Positions 9,138 through 19,687 of a stretch of DNA of 64,000 bases are shown here, in pieces. This stretch comes from Ulvibacterium sp. (GTDB lineage: Bacteria > Bacteroidota > Bacteroidia > Flavobacteriales > Flavobacteriaceae): positions 1,264,528-1,328,527 of the forward strand of contig NZ_OZ245846.1 in assembly GCF_965228935.1 (NCBI RefSeq). Direction: 5' to 3'. How positions within the stretch are numbered: position 1 is the first letter of the stretch; each line of letters opens with the position of its first letter. A model generated the notes under the pieces. The model saw nothing but the letters and a program-made list of their open reading frames with translations. It searched no databases and was not told where the DNA came from. Made by a program: the position numbers and the translations under genes.

Positions 9138-11141
9138 TCAAATTTCATTGTAATATCCAAATTTCTTGTCAACCAATACAGCCCGATCCAAGTAACTGTT
9201 AAATTCTTCACACGATGTTTCAGGTAGTAAGCTGCACGAATAGCAAGCTGCTAAGTTTAGCCCGCCGATTCCTTGTCCATCAGAGTGGTAACAAATGGGA
9301 TCAGATGCACAGTCTTTGGCCCTTGTAATTGCAGAGTTTAAAATTTTCACAAATCTTTCGGGTTCTGCTTGTCGAACTAAGCCACCATAACTTCCTTCGG
9401 TTCCTGCTATCGTATAAATTAGAACACCTTGCATTTCTTTTTCGTTTGTGTACAAACGTTCTTGCATTGAAGTTGCAGGGTAGCCAGTTAAAAATTCCAA
9501 TTCTTTAATCAGTATATGAGAAAAAGTATGAATCAAAATAAACTTTGAAAGATATTGAAGGTTGCCAAGCATCTTGTTTTTCTCATCATTCATTCGATAA
9601 TCTGACCGTCCCATATTTTCAAGCATCGAGTCCATTCTTTTTTTGAATTCAGACTTATCTTTAACGCTTTCATACCAATCAATGATACTCTCTTTATCAA
9701 AGTCAATAAAAATACCTTCACCAAAGCTTTCTACACCCGGAAGAATTGTGGTTCCGTTCCCTTTTGTAGATGTGTATTTGGCTTTGATTCCTTTTTCGGG
9801 TCGTACATAGTCGTCCATAGACAACTCAGCATATAAATCCTTATCTATCGGTTCCTGACGGCTATATCCTGTTTGGACGGACGATAATTTTAATCTTTTT
9901 AATTTCAACAATTTGTTGATTTTAAAAGATTTCAAAGAATCTGATATTACTGATTCTACAACAAGATTTTGATCATTTTCGTGATTTTCCGAAAGTAAAT
10001 AGTCATATTCTCGTAATCGGTATTCTGTTTCAGAAACAAAGTCATTTTGCTCAGGCGAGATGATTTCTTTGATTTGCCCTAAAGTGAGATCAACTTGATT
10101 GTTTTCCAAAATGTTTGTTCTTATTTGCTCAGGAGTTAAATTTATATTTCTGTGTAGTGTCTTAATTACTGATTTTAATTCACTTGATATGCTTCTGGTT
10201 GGTATAAACAAACTATTGGTTATCAATGGATAGTAAACGCTATTGCTGCTACGAATTACCGGTTTGTAAAATATTTTTTGTGACTTACCTTCCTTGCTTA
10301 AAATTTCGTTTCCTTCCTTATCCTTAACTGTACTTATTTCTCCATTGGTGAAATGCGGATATATTAGCCCTAATAGCCCTGCAAGCGAGAATTGTCTTCC
10401 TTTGGTTTTGCAATCAGGATTTTTACATTGAATTCGTACACCGGAAAAATCTGAGAACTTATCAGATTTTAGGTAATAAAGATCTTGTTTTTTGCAACAG
10501 GGATTAAAATCATTAAAGAATTTTGCTGATTCGCCTTCGTCTTTCTTTTCATTACTTGATTTATCCGCTCTATTGGTCCATAAGTGCCAGGGCAAGTCAT
10601 CAATATCTCCATTTGGAGCAGTCATAATAAATCTGACTTGTTCTAAGCGAAAGAATTTACGCTTTTCTTTATTGTCTTTTGCTTTGGAATAGCATTTATA
10701 GCATACTGGAGGTTGAAAAGACTCGCGATTCCTGTTTACATCATTCGAATAGACATTACACCATCCTTTAAACCAATCATCAATGCGTTTAAATCTTCCA
10801 CATTTATTACAGTACATCCACTTGGGAAAATACTCTGCATTTACAATATGATTTCTGAGAGAAGGAATAGATGCATTGTAAAATTCCGAGTAATTAGCAG
10901 GAACTTTTGCAATAAAATTCAGGTTTTGAAAATAGTACTTAAGTCGTTTCAATAATCTATCATCTTCGATAATCTGATTTTCTGTTAATTCTTCCCGTCC
11001 ACGCTCAATCATAGCAAAGTACTGCCATTTGTCAAACTCCCTTACCTTTAAAGCACCATCAATTGTCTCCAAAATCGACCCAACTCCACCATAGGAACTT
11101 ATAAGTTTTCTTGTCTGTAATTCCGTGTACTTTTTACCCAT
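9138..11141 (-). CDS. DUF1998-like protein (DrmB-like) with Cys-rich zinc-binding clusters. The probable start is the internal Met at 11141, 4 nt after the helicase stop.
   Basis: Cys clusters CNKCGRF...CYKCYSK and a C-terminal CYHSDGQGIGGLNLAACYSCSLLPETSC, as seen in DUF1998 partners of defence helicases. Translationally coupled to the upstream helicase. Domain identity is from recollection, not a search. Confidence 0.5.
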   Translation of the reverse strand: MGKKYTELQTRKLISSYGGVGSILETIDGALKVREFDKWQYFAMIERGREELTENQIIEDDRLLKRLKYYFQNLNFIAKVPANYSEFYNASIPSLRNHIVNAEYFPKWMYCNKCGRFKRIDDWFKGWCNVYSNDVNRNRESFQPPVCYKCYSKAKDNKEKRKFFRLEQVRFIMTAPNGDIDDLPWHLWTNRADKSSNEKKDEGESAKFFNDFNPCCKKQDLYYLKSDKFSDFSGVRIQCKNPDCKTKGRQFSLAGLLGLIYPHFTNGEISTVKDKEGNEILSKEGKSQKIFYKPVIRSSNSVYYPLITNSLFIPTRSISSELKSVIKTLHRNINLTPEQIRTNILENNQVDLTLGQIKEIISPEQNDFVSETEYRLREYDYLLSENHENDQNLVVESVISDSLKSFKINKLLKLKRLKLSSVQTGYSRQEPIDKDLYAELSMDDYVRPEKGIKAKYTSTKGNGTTILPGVESFGEGIFIDFDKESIIDWYESVKDKSEFKKRMDSMLENMGRSDYRMNDEKNKMLGNLQYLSKFILIHTFSHILIKELEFLTGYPATSMQERLYTNEKEMQGVLIYTIAGTEGSYGGLVRQAEPERFVKILNSAITRAKDCASDPICYHSDGQGIGGLNLAACYSCSLLPETSCEEFNSYLDRAVLVDKKFGYYNEI

Positions 11142-11145
11142 TGTT

Positions 11146-14100
11146 TCAGATTTTAGGTAGTTCCTTTTTAATAAATGAATTGGTATCAATTTCACGCATT
11201 GACTGCATCACAGCCCATTTCTCATCTTCACCAAAATCTTTTTGTGACGGTTTTACCAACAACCCTTCCTTGCCATCATCATATTTGGTAAGACTGTGTT
11301 CTTCTATCTTATATGTCCAATCTTCAGCCAGTTGCTCTAATTTATTCTCCAACAACTTGTACATAGTTTCATTGGCTCCAAATCGTTGTTGAATTTCACT
11401 TTTCAATCCATCTAACATTTCAGGTTCGAAATGTTGGGCAGCATCATCGGCAGCCATTCCCCGTATTTTATGTCGTAAATAAGTTATCATCACACTGGTT
11501 AGCATCTTCTCTAATGTGTTCTCGGTAAAAGGGGTAAGACTTATGGGTTCAACACTCTTATAAAATGCCTGATGAAAAGGAATAAAATGTTCAAAGTGTG
11601 ATTTATCTCTCGCTCGATTCGCATCAAAAAGATTAACAACCAAACCTTTGTATTTTCTTCCTACACGACTTGATGCCTGAATGTATTCAGCGACATTTCT
11701 TGGTTGTCCATTGATGAGCATAATATTGAAGCGGTCTATGTCAATTCCAACGGAAATCATATTTGTTGCGAGTACCAAATCAATGACATTTTGAGCATAG
11801 GTTCGGCCACTTTGGGGAGTTACAATTGTATTATTCGAAAACCTATTTTCTTCTAATTTTTTAAGTGTTTGCTTAATTTTCGCACTTTCTATTCTGCTGG
11901 TCAGTTCTTCATCCCTATTATATAAATAACTATAATTAAATGCTTGCTCTGGGTTGTCGCTAAAAAGTCTTTGTTGAAGTGTGGAAGTGAAGTTGGAAAT
12001 TTCATCCCCGACTTTATTGTGAATCTTGCCTACATCTTTTAAGCTATTATAGTAAGAAACAATTGTCCAGTATTTGTCAAAGGTGCTATAATCTTTGTCT
12101 CCATTTTGAATTAACAACTTGTAAGCTTCAAGCCTTGCTACAAAAAGATGTGCAAGCAATTGTAGTTGTGTATCAATGGAAGATTTTCCAGTAGGTAAAA
12201 AGCCGATGTATCGTCTTTTACTTTCTGATTTGGCTTCTTTTGCGAAAAAGCTGTCTGCGTAAGAAAGTCCATTGGGTGGAAATATATTTACTGTTCGACT
12301 GGCTCCGTATAGTGCTTTAACTTGCTCATCGGTATTGCGTGTAGTAGCCGTTGATGATATTATTTTGGGTTTCCGATCTTCTTTGGTACAAAGTATTTCT
12401 ATTACACTTTCAAAAATTCCTGTTATCGAGCCTAATGGTCCGGTAAGCAAATGAAGTTCGTCCTGTATTATGAGGTCTGGTGGCAATTTTTCGCCATCCA
12501 ACGAATTAAAGAATCGATGTCCATTAGATTTCCAAGCAAGCATAGCAAACTTATCCACCGTGCCAAATAGTAACGTTGGAGGATTTCTATAAAGCATTTC
12601 ATCAACTACCTGAATAGGTAACTCGTTATGAAAATGGCACTTGTTATTTACACATCTAATTTTAAATGATGCATTTCGACCATTTCCATTAATTTGGAAA
12701 CCACTCGTCCAGTTTCCATATTGATTTTTGGTAATTAGTTTTGTGCCACACCACGAGCAAGAACTAATCTGAAAGACATTTTTACTTTCTGGGTTGCCGT
12801 TGTTTCCGCTATTCAGTTTGTTGCATTCTTCCCTTATTTCTTCTTCCTTTTCTAATGCTTCTTTAACAGAGTTCGGAGTTGACGACATACCTACCCACAT
12901 CCCAATAGTAATCGGTTCATCTTTTAGTTCATCGGAATAGTGACATCTTAAAAACTCCAAGGCGCAAATTAGTCGTGATGCTCGTTCAAACTGCTGTGCT
13001 GTTAACAGACGCAGCGTATATCGCATTATCACAGTAGTGCCTTCGTATCGCGTTGAGTTGGTCAGTCTTCGATAAATGATTGTAAATGCTGCAACTGCCA
13101 GATATGCTTCTGTTTTCCCACCGCCTGTTGGAAACCAAATTAGATCTACGACTTCATTTCTTGCTTCTGATTCTAAGTCTGTAATGCTATCTATATTCAG
13201 TAAGAGAAAAGCTAATTGAAAGGGACGGTATTTGGGACGATTGAAAGGCAATTGAGTGAAATCATAATCTTTGAAGAAATTGAGTTTTGCGTAATCCAAA
13301 GATTGGCTTATGTCTTCCAACTCCTTCTCCTTTCCCGAAAAATCTGCATCATTCGATATGATTATCTGAATTAACATTGCTGTATTTGCTAATTGGAAGG
13401 CTTTATAAACTGCGTTATCCTGTAATCTTCCAATGTTACTTCTCAGTCGTTCCAGATTGTAGTCCAATTTTTGAAAGATAGCTTGCTCAATATTCTTGTT
13501 TGAAGTTGAAAGTGTTCTCTGCTTAGTTATCCACTGTTCGTAAAGGCTTATAAAATCGTTAAGTCGATTCAAAACAACTTCTTGTGTTTCCGTTGTGAAA
13601 TGAGACAGATTATATATGTCCAAACCATCGTTTATAGAACTGTAAACATTTTGGTTATCAAAGTCGGATTCATCAAATGAATTTTTTGTATCTTTTACAT
13701 CATACTGCGGCAGGAAACTTGTGGCGATTCCAGATGCGTCCTTTTTCCATTCTACAGAACAATTGTGCCCAATACCGTAACTGAATTTGTCTTTATACAA
13801 ATAGTTTAAAAGTTCTGCTTCCTCATCTAAAGGATTTAACTCTGAATAGGATTTGAAAGTCTGCAACTTGGTATCCTGTACTTCGATTTTAGCCTGAAAC
13901 ACACATTTCTGATTTAGAATTTCATTGGCGTTTGAATATTTATTGACCGGTTGTTCCGTAGAGGAGTTGACCAATTGAATTTTTACATATTTGTATCCCG
14001 GGTTTTCTTGATGAGTGTAAGTCTTTACGGTGTAGCTTATCCTAATATTTACATCATCTTTTTTTGTTAAGACTTTTTCATATAACTTTTCCGGTGTGGT

Positions 14101-14868
14101 TAGATCGGTAATTTGAATTTTCCTTTTCTCCTTTATTGATTCTCTTCGCCAGGTTCTTCCAAGTAGTTTTTCAGTTTTTGTGGTTTCAATTCTATTTCTG
14201 AACTCTTTTTGATATGCATCAAAGTCGGCATAATCACCTGATCTTGGTCTGCGTTTTTTGCCAACGATATTTTTCGTTAAGAATAGATATCCGTTCTTAC
14301 AGTCTAACTTGCCTTTTAGTGAAGAAGGAAAGTGTTCATTGTTTCTAATGGTTTCATCAAATAACTGCTCGGGAAATTGGACTTTTAGATTTTCAACTCC
14401 GTACTTATCTTTTTCGTCAAGTTGAGTATATATGCCGAAGCTAAAAACCACATCAATTTGTTTAACATCATCAGCCACACAAAATGTTAGTCCAATATTA
14501 GTGGGGTAAAAAGTGCTGTGAGATACTTTTATCTCATCATCGTTTTCTGTCTTATTTCCTTTATCGTGTCCATTGTTCTGATCATTCAAATCTTCTCTTG
14601 GTTGTTCTATTTCGTCTTCTAGGTCTTCATCTTCATTATCAGTTTCACTTTCCAAAAGGCAATCGGCCAACTCATCTAATGACGCTATCCTTTGCTTTTC
14701 GGGAAATAAAATGCCGGTATAATATTGTTGCAATGGATAATTTCTGATTATCTCATTTTCAATATGAGATTTTTTAACGAACACATCAGAGCCTGGCCCC
14801 AACATTCCTTTGCGTATTCTTCCTTGAAAAAGATCTCTTGCTATTTCACCTTTTGATTTATTCATCAT
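11146..14868 (-). CDS. Large SF2 helicase (DEAH/DELH-box), DrmA-like. It has an approximately 550-aa N-terminal region of unknown function.
   Basis: Motif I FPTGGGKTEAY. Motif II IQDELHLLTG. Motif VI QASSRVGRKYKG. An inserted CxxC...C..CH zinc finger (CSWCGTK...CVNNKCHFH). Confidence 0.75.
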   Translation of the reverse strand: MMNKSKGEIARDLFQGRIRKGMLGPGSDVFVKKSHIENEIIRNYPLQQYYTGILFPEKQRIASLDELADCLLESETDNEDEDLEDEIEQPREDLNDQNNGHDKGNKTENDDEIKVSHSTFYPTNIGLTFCVADDVKQIDVVFSFGIYTQLDEKDKYGVENLKVQFPEQLFDETIRNNEHFPSSLKGKLDCKNGYLFLTKNIVGKKRRPRSGDYADFDAYQKEFRNRIETTKTEKLLGRTWRRESIKEKRKIQITDLTTPEKLYEKVLTKKDDVNIRISYTVKTYTHQENPGYKYVKIQLVNSSTEQPVNKYSNANEILNQKCVFQAKIEVQDTKLQTFKSYSELNPLDEEAELLNYLYKDKFSYGIGHNCSVEWKKDASGIATSFLPQYDVKDTKNSFDESDFDNQNVYSSINDGLDIYNLSHFTTETQEVVLNRLNDFISLYEQWITKQRTLSTSNKNIEQAIFQKLDYNLERLRSNIGRLQDNAVYKAFQLANTAMLIQIIISNDADFSGKEKELEDISQSLDYAKLNFFKDYDFTQLPFNRPKYRPFQLAFLLLNIDSITDLESEARNEVVDLIWFPTGGGKTEAYLAVAAFTIIYRRLTNSTRYEGTTVIMRYTLRLLTAQQFERASRLICALEFLRCHYSDELKDEPITIGMWVGMSSTPNSVKEALEKEEEIREECNKLNSGNNGNPESKNVFQISSCSWCGTKLITKNQYGNWTSGFQINGNGRNASFKIRCVNNKCHFHNELPIQVVDEMLYRNPPTLLFGTVDKFAMLAWKSNGHRFFNSLDGEKLPPDLIIQDELHLLTGPLGSITGIFESVIEILCTKEDRKPKIISSTATTRNTDEQVKALYGASRTVNIFPPNGLSYADSFFAKEAKSESKRRYIGFLPTGKSSIDTQLQLLAHLFVARLEAYKLLIQNGDKDYSTFDKYWTIVSYYNSLKDVGKIHNKVGDEISNFTSTLQQRLFSDNPEQAFNYSYLYNRDEELTSRIESAKIKQTLKKLEENRFSNNTIVTPQSGRTYAQNVIDLVLATNMISVGIDIDRFNIMLINGQPRNVAEYIQASSRVGRKYKGLVVNLFDANRARDKSHFEHFIPFHQAFYKSVEPISLTPFTENTLEKMLTSVMITYLRHKIRGMAADDAAQHFEPEMLDGLKSEIQQRFGANETMYKLLENKLEQLAEDWTYKIEEHSLTKYDDGKEGLLVKPSQKDFGEDEKWAVMQSMREIDTNSFIKKELPKI

Positions 14869-16645
14869 CTTTAAAAATTTGAATAGACTCTATTGTTATC
14901 AAAGGAGCATTTAGTTCGGCAAATTTCTCTATCTGTTGCTTTGTGAACTTTTGGAGTATACGTCCTTTGCTTCCGTTTTTAATAAAGTCGGTTATTTCAT
15001 CGCTCAGGTCCCTTCCCAACGCAATCATAATGCTGTTGTAGGCACTTCTTGATGTCATAATGTTTCTAAAATCTTCATCGTCTATTTCTGTTAGCTTTTT
15101 TATCAAAACCAAATCTTTTCTGCTTTGTGGAAATTTCATTCTACTTTTGATATTGATCCAACTCCGCAATGTGGCTTCACTCATTATTGAAATTCCATTT
15201 TCCTGTAGATGAGCTAAAAAATCATACAATGAAGCAAACTTGTCTCCGTAGTTTGACAAACTCGTTTTCCATAAGTTTGAGCACTGTTCTATCTGTTGGA
15301 AGTGACCATCTTCATCGGCTTCTAAGGCAATTTCATATAAAGTATCTTTTGAAACATTATCATAGATTCTTACCTTATCACCTGATTTAAGGTTTTTAAC
15401 TTTTTCATCTCTTTCAGTATTACGTACCTGGACGAGTACCGTCTTATTTTCATCTAACACCTTTGTATCTGTGCCATTATTAAAGGTCAATATGAACTCC
15501 AGATTTGTATCGTATTCAGTTGTATTGTCAGGGTTTGAAATTGAGGTCCCATCTTTTTCAAATAATCTTTTTATTAGCTCTGAAACGTCTTCAATTTGTT
15601 CAGTTTCTTGAAATGAAATCTCACATAGTTTTTCTCGGTCTTTATCTCTTATTTGTTTGTAAACATCGTTTTGGAAACGTGATTGACACAGTTGGAAATA
15701 GCTTTCTTCTTGTGGATATAATAAAAAATAGATGTTATTGGTACTATACATCGTGATTCGAAAGTGATCCATTCCATAGAAACCTAAGAATACTATTGTC
15801 TTGTTCTTATGGTCTAAGGATTTGAACTCTTTATACGATATGATATTTCTGATTCTTCGGCTATTACTTTCATCTTCCCATTGTGGTATATTGTCTTTTG
15901 GAACAACGAGATAGTCTATCCTATCAAACGAATCTAATTCAGAATACTTAGAGCAATGACTTCTTTTATATTCTATAAGAAAATCATATTTCTCGGCAAG
16001 ATGTAACCATTGATTATCTATTTCTTCCCAAAGGTCTTTATCGCAAAACTCACTTTCAAAAGAATCAAACCCACCTTTTTTAAAGTGTGCAAGATGTTGG
16101 TCTAACTGGTTAGCAAGTCGACTACTTTCATTTGGAATGGTTAATGGGAGAATGTTTCGAGCGTATTTGAGTAACCCTTTTAGGTTTGCACCAAAGCTTT
16201 GTTCAATATGCTCAATTGCTCCAAAGAAGCCATCAAATTTGTTCTGAAAATCAGGATCTTCGACTTTCACAATTTCTGGGATCTTCGATTCTACAAAAGA
16301 GAAATGGTCAAGTTCAGGTAGCGTCCAATTCCATTTCAGCATATTTGGAATAGAGTTTTCAGGAATATCTTTACTTCCAATGAGGAGGCAGTTCTCGTAT
16401 CGTTTGTTGTTTAAGTCTTCAGATATTTCTCGATATGATTCTCTGTATTTGCTTGAACCAAGTATGGCTATATTTCTAATATCAATTCCTTCTTCTAAAA
16501 TTTTTTTGCGGGCAGTTTGGTAATCGTTTACTATGAATATCATCGGGTCAATGGGAATGTTATCAGTAGTTCTGCCCGATTTGGTAACATATTGAAATGG
16601 TATAGCCTTGTGGATTTTTTGATCCTTGATTTTAAAATTTTTCAA
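14858..16645 (-). CDS. Hypothetical 595-aa protein. Third component of the helicase/DUF1998 operon.
   Basis: ORF overlaps the helicase start by 11 nt. No recognised motif. Confidence 0.5.
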   Translation of the reverse strand: MKNFKIKDQKIHKAIPFQYVTKSGRTTDNIPIDPMIFIVNDYQTARKKILEEGIDIRNIAILGSSKYRESYREISEDLNNKRYENCLLIGSKDIPENSIPNMLKWNWTLPELDHFSFVESKIPEIVKVEDPDFQNKFDGFFGAIEHIEQSFGANLKGLLKYARNILPLTIPNESSRLANQLDQHLAHFKKGGFDSFESEFCDKDLWEEIDNQWLHLAEKYDFLIEYKRSHCSKYSELDSFDRIDYLVVPKDNIPQWEDESNSRRIRNIISYKEFKSLDHKNKTIVFLGFYGMDHFRITMYSTNNIYFLLYPQEESYFQLCQSRFQNDVYKQIRDKDREKLCEISFQETEQIEDVSELIKRLFEKDGTSISNPDNTTEYDTNLEFILTFNNGTDTKVLDENKTVLVQVRNTERDEKVKNLKSGDKVRIYDNVSKDTLYEIALEADEDGHFQQIEQCSNLWKTSLSNYGDKFASLYDFLAHLQENGISIMSEATLRSWINIKSRMKFPQSRKDLVLIKKLTEIDDEDFRNIMTSRSAYNSIMIALGRDLSDEITDFIKNGSKGRILQKFTKQQIEKFAELNAPLITIESIQIFKDDE

Positions 16646-16653
16646 TTCATCAA

Positions 16654-17214
16654 CTATTTTTTGTCGGTAATTATGACCGATTTATACCTGAATTGAGAAG
16701 GAACTTCTTTATGAATCCCCTTGACTGTTTCTTTGAAAAATGATCTATAAGAACTAAAGGTGTTGTGCACCCTTGTTGATGTAGCACTTGCATACGTTTT
16801 AATGTATGATTTTAAGTTTTCAATTGGCACATTGGGATACTTGGAATTAGCTCTATCTCTTTTTATAAGTACTGCTTTATCTTTGTTGATTTTAACGATG
16901 ACATATCGATCCCTACCTTTTTGCAGCGTATCACCTTCACTGAACTCTGTTATGTTGTCCAGGTAGTTGTCAACAAAGTTGTATAGTGATAGAAGAATTA
17001 TTGTTGGTATGTAAAACTGGTGTTTCGCTCCTTTATGGGGAATATGAATAAGGGTGTTTGGCTTTCTGCGTGTATCCCGCACCGTTTGATATATCAGGTA
17101 GGAGTTGACAAAATCAAAGTCACTGAAGAGTAGATTTTCAGTATTGAAGTATTCTTGCAATTTCTTTTTTGCCACTTCTGTAAGAATCTCCAAGTATTTG
17201 CATAACTCATTCAT
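16654..17214 (-). CDS. Hypothetical 186-aa protein. First gene of the helicase/DUF1998 operon.
   Basis: Its stop lies 8 nt upstream of the next ORF start. No recognised motif. Confidence 0.45.
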   Translation of the reverse strand: MNELCKYLEILTEVAKKKLQEYFNTENLLFSDFDFVNSYLIYQTVRDTRRKPNTLIHIPHKGAKHQFYIPTIILLSLYNFVDNYLDNITEFSEGDTLQKGRDRYVIVKINKDKAVLIKRDRANSKYPNVPIENLKSYIKTYASATSTRVHNTFSSYRSFFKETVKGIHKEVPSQFRYKSVIITDKK

Positions 17215-17450
17215 TTGTCATTTAAGTTCTCTTTTTTCTGTTTCGGCAAAACCCAAATGTGCCTTGGCGGTTTGGCTATAGTTTAGTGTGTTATGGTAAC
17301 CGGAGCACCCATTTTAGCCGTATAGCTAAGTATTGTGTGTGAAGGTTTTAAGTGCCAAATCGTTAAGCCGAGTTTAATATTCAATAAATGTAGGAAAACA
17401 TCCCGGATCTTGGCAAGCTAGCACTTAATTATTGCAATTGTTGCAATGCG

Positions 17451-17846
17451 TTATTTTCTTTTTTCCATTTTAAGGTTTTCCAACCAAAACATTTCTGATT
17501 TGGAGAAAACCAAATAGGATTTGTCTTTTATATTGGCAACTGTATTGTTGAAGTTTAAACGATGTTCCTGATTAATGTCTAACTGAGGCTCATTGAAAAA
17601 TAGGATAGCTCCGTTTTCGTAAGTCCATATACCTTTTCCATGTTCACTTCCAGATTCAACTACTGAGGGACTCATTTTTCCACTACCTTTCCAATAATGA
17701 CTGAATAGAAATGACTCATCGCTATTTAGGCTTAGATGATATTTCTATCCCGAAGTTTCATAGTAATATTCACCAGAATATTCCTCTGCCTGTGCACATG
17801 ATGCGAGACTGGATAGTGATAAAAGGGGTATGAACATTTTTCTCAT
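17451..17846 (-). pseudogene. Small lipoprotein gene interrupted by one in-frame TAG (17745-17747). Signal peptide MRKMFIPLLSLSSLASC, then stop, then an in-frame continuation into the 74-aa ORF.
   Basis: Read directly. ATG at 17844-17846 and lipobox LASC. TAG after 33 codons, then 23 in-frame codons lead to the ORF 17451..17675. Confidence 0.35.
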
Positions 17847-17925
17847 AACGACTTTTTATTGTATTACAACGCACCCGTATAGGCGGCGCGACCATCTTTT
17901 GCAAGGTATGACCGCCATAGCAATG

Positions 17926-18828
17926 TTAACCATCGTTTTTATTTTTTATAGTAAACATTCTTCCTAATTCTCGCTCTTCCAAACCAAATTCCTTTTCAAC
18001 TTCCATTATCTTCATATTTATCTTAGGCTCAGTCAGATATTTATAGGTATTGTCATATTGTTTCTCAGGGAAGATGTGATTCGGAGACACATCTAGCATA
18101 TCATTTTTAAGATTAATTGGAAATTTTATGGTTGCGATAATTTCATCCTTTAAATCATAATTTTCCTTTGAATACTTGGATTTCGCTATAAATATTCCGT
18201 GTTGGAAGTGTGGTCTTAAACTCAAATCACGATGATGGTATCTTAAATCGCACCATTGAGTTTTATTACCCATACAAATTCCTTCATTGTTAACTTTAGT
18301 GTCGTAATCAGCTTTTAGAAGATAAATCCAACCAAATTCATTTTTGCTTTTTTCAATTTTATAATTTTCCTCTGCGATCCATTTCATTTGATTTCTTGCG
18401 AACCAGAGTCCAATGAAAATATTGTCTACTAAATCTAACCAAGGTGTTTTTAATCCATAATGCTGAAATGATGCTCCTCCAATTTCACCTTTAAATCTTG
18501 CTGCTGGTTTCAGTTTGTAAATTTCTTCTTTGACCTTTTTAAAAGCATTTAATCTTTTCTCTTTTCTTTCAGAATTGAGATTTTCTCCTCTAAAAATTGA
18601 GGGAACCATATTCTCATAATCGTTTACTTGACCTCTAATAAAAATGTGATTCCTTTTGTTTGGTAGATTGTATTCGAACTTCATGAACCCCAAAAATCTA
18701 ACTATCAACATTAAATCATCGATATACACATATTTTCTATTGGTTTTTGGATTCGTGTCTAATTTCAAAGAAGGGTGCTTTTTCTTCAAAAATTTCTTAT
18801 CCACGAACTTTTGTATCAATGATTCCAC
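17926..18828 (-). CDS. FRG-domain protein.
   Basis: FIRGQVNDYENMVPSIFR and ASFQHYGLKTPWLDLV match the FRG-domain signature motifs (FRGq...; QHYGlpTrlLD). Confidence 0.6.
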   Translation of the reverse strand: MESLIQKFVDKKFLKKKHPSLKLDTNPKTNRKYVYIDDLMLIVRFLGFMKFEYNLPNKRNHIFIRGQVNDYENMVPSIFRGENLNSERKEKRLNAFKKVKEEIYKLKPAARFKGEIGGASFQHYGLKTPWLDLVDNIFIGLWFARNQMKWIAEENYKIEKSKNEFGWIYLLKADYDTKVNNEGICMGNKTQWCDLRYHHRDLSLRPHFQHGIFIAKSKYSKENYDLKDEIIATIKFPINLKNDMLDVSPNHIFPEKQYDNTYKYLTEPKINMKIMEVEKEFGLEERELGRMFTIKNKNDG

Positions 18829-19233
18829 TTATTTTCTGTCAATGGTGGCTAACGCCTAGTTAGACGAAGTTACGTCCTGATTTTTAATTTGTTGTGAATT
18901 GAAGATACAGATAAAATCTAGAAGACAACTGGGGTGTTGCTAAATTGCTTTTAGTGATTCTTATGTAATGTGCGTAGCTTGAGCCGAAAACTTGGAGCGG
19001 TTTTTAGGTATTGTTTATAAGCGATTTGTTTAGTGGGGCGATACGAACATCATGAAATTAACTTTTTTAAATAGGATTCATAGTTCCTTAAACCAGCCGT
19101 TTTTAAGGGGCGGTTCCAAAAGAACCACTTTTCTCTTACGAAGGTGTCTAAATCCTGATTTTTTTGTTGTCTCGGCAATTTAACTTTTATGGGTAAATCT
19201 AATCTCCAATAAATTATTGGAGGAAGTGGGAAA

Positions 19234-19533
19234 TCAATATCTGGACTTACGGACAAATGCATTTTTCCGAGCCAAATCTAGCAGTTCCTTTTTGGAGTAG
19301 AATATCGAGCGGCCAATCTGATAATAGGGAACGATTTTTTTCTTTTTCCAACTGATTAATGAGGTAACGGATATGCCCAAAAACTTTGCAGCCTCTTTTT
19401 GGGTCAAGCGATCTTCTTCGGGATTGAGGGAAGTTTCTTGAATATACTCCGTTTTACGAAGTTCTTCCAAGACCATTTTTACGGCTCTTTTTAAATCCTC
19501 TTTTGTGTGCGTGTAAAAAAGTACATTCCCCAT
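19234..19533 (-). CDS. Excisionase-family / helix-turn-helix DNA-binding protein.
   Basis: 99 aa. HTH segment LTQKEAAKFLGISVTSLISWKKKK, typical of the Bacteroidetes excisionase-like family. Confidence 0.55.
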   Translation of the reverse strand: MGNVLFYTHTKEDLKRAVKMVLEELRKTEYIQETSLNPEEDRLTQKEAAKFLGISVTSLISWKKKKIVPYYQIGRSIFYSKKELLDLARKNAFVRKSRY

Positions 19534-19687
19534 TTGAATCGTATTTAAACCAGAGCGTATCGCTCGATAACTAAATTGGGGATAAATTCAAATAACCTCC
19601 CTGCACTTCCAGTATCAGTGCAATTTTATTGGTTGTATTGGGTGAATTGAGGAGGAAATTTTACAAGGATGAATAACATAAGTGCAA

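Noticed and set aside
16654-17214. Looked for a PLD (HxK...D) nuclease or a methyltransferase among the small partners of the helicase/DUF1998 operon and in the flanks. HKGAKHQ in the 186-aa protein was considered.
   Set aside because: The spacing does not fit the HxK(x)4D(x)6GSxN PLD signature. No SAM-binding motif was found in any neighbouring ORF.
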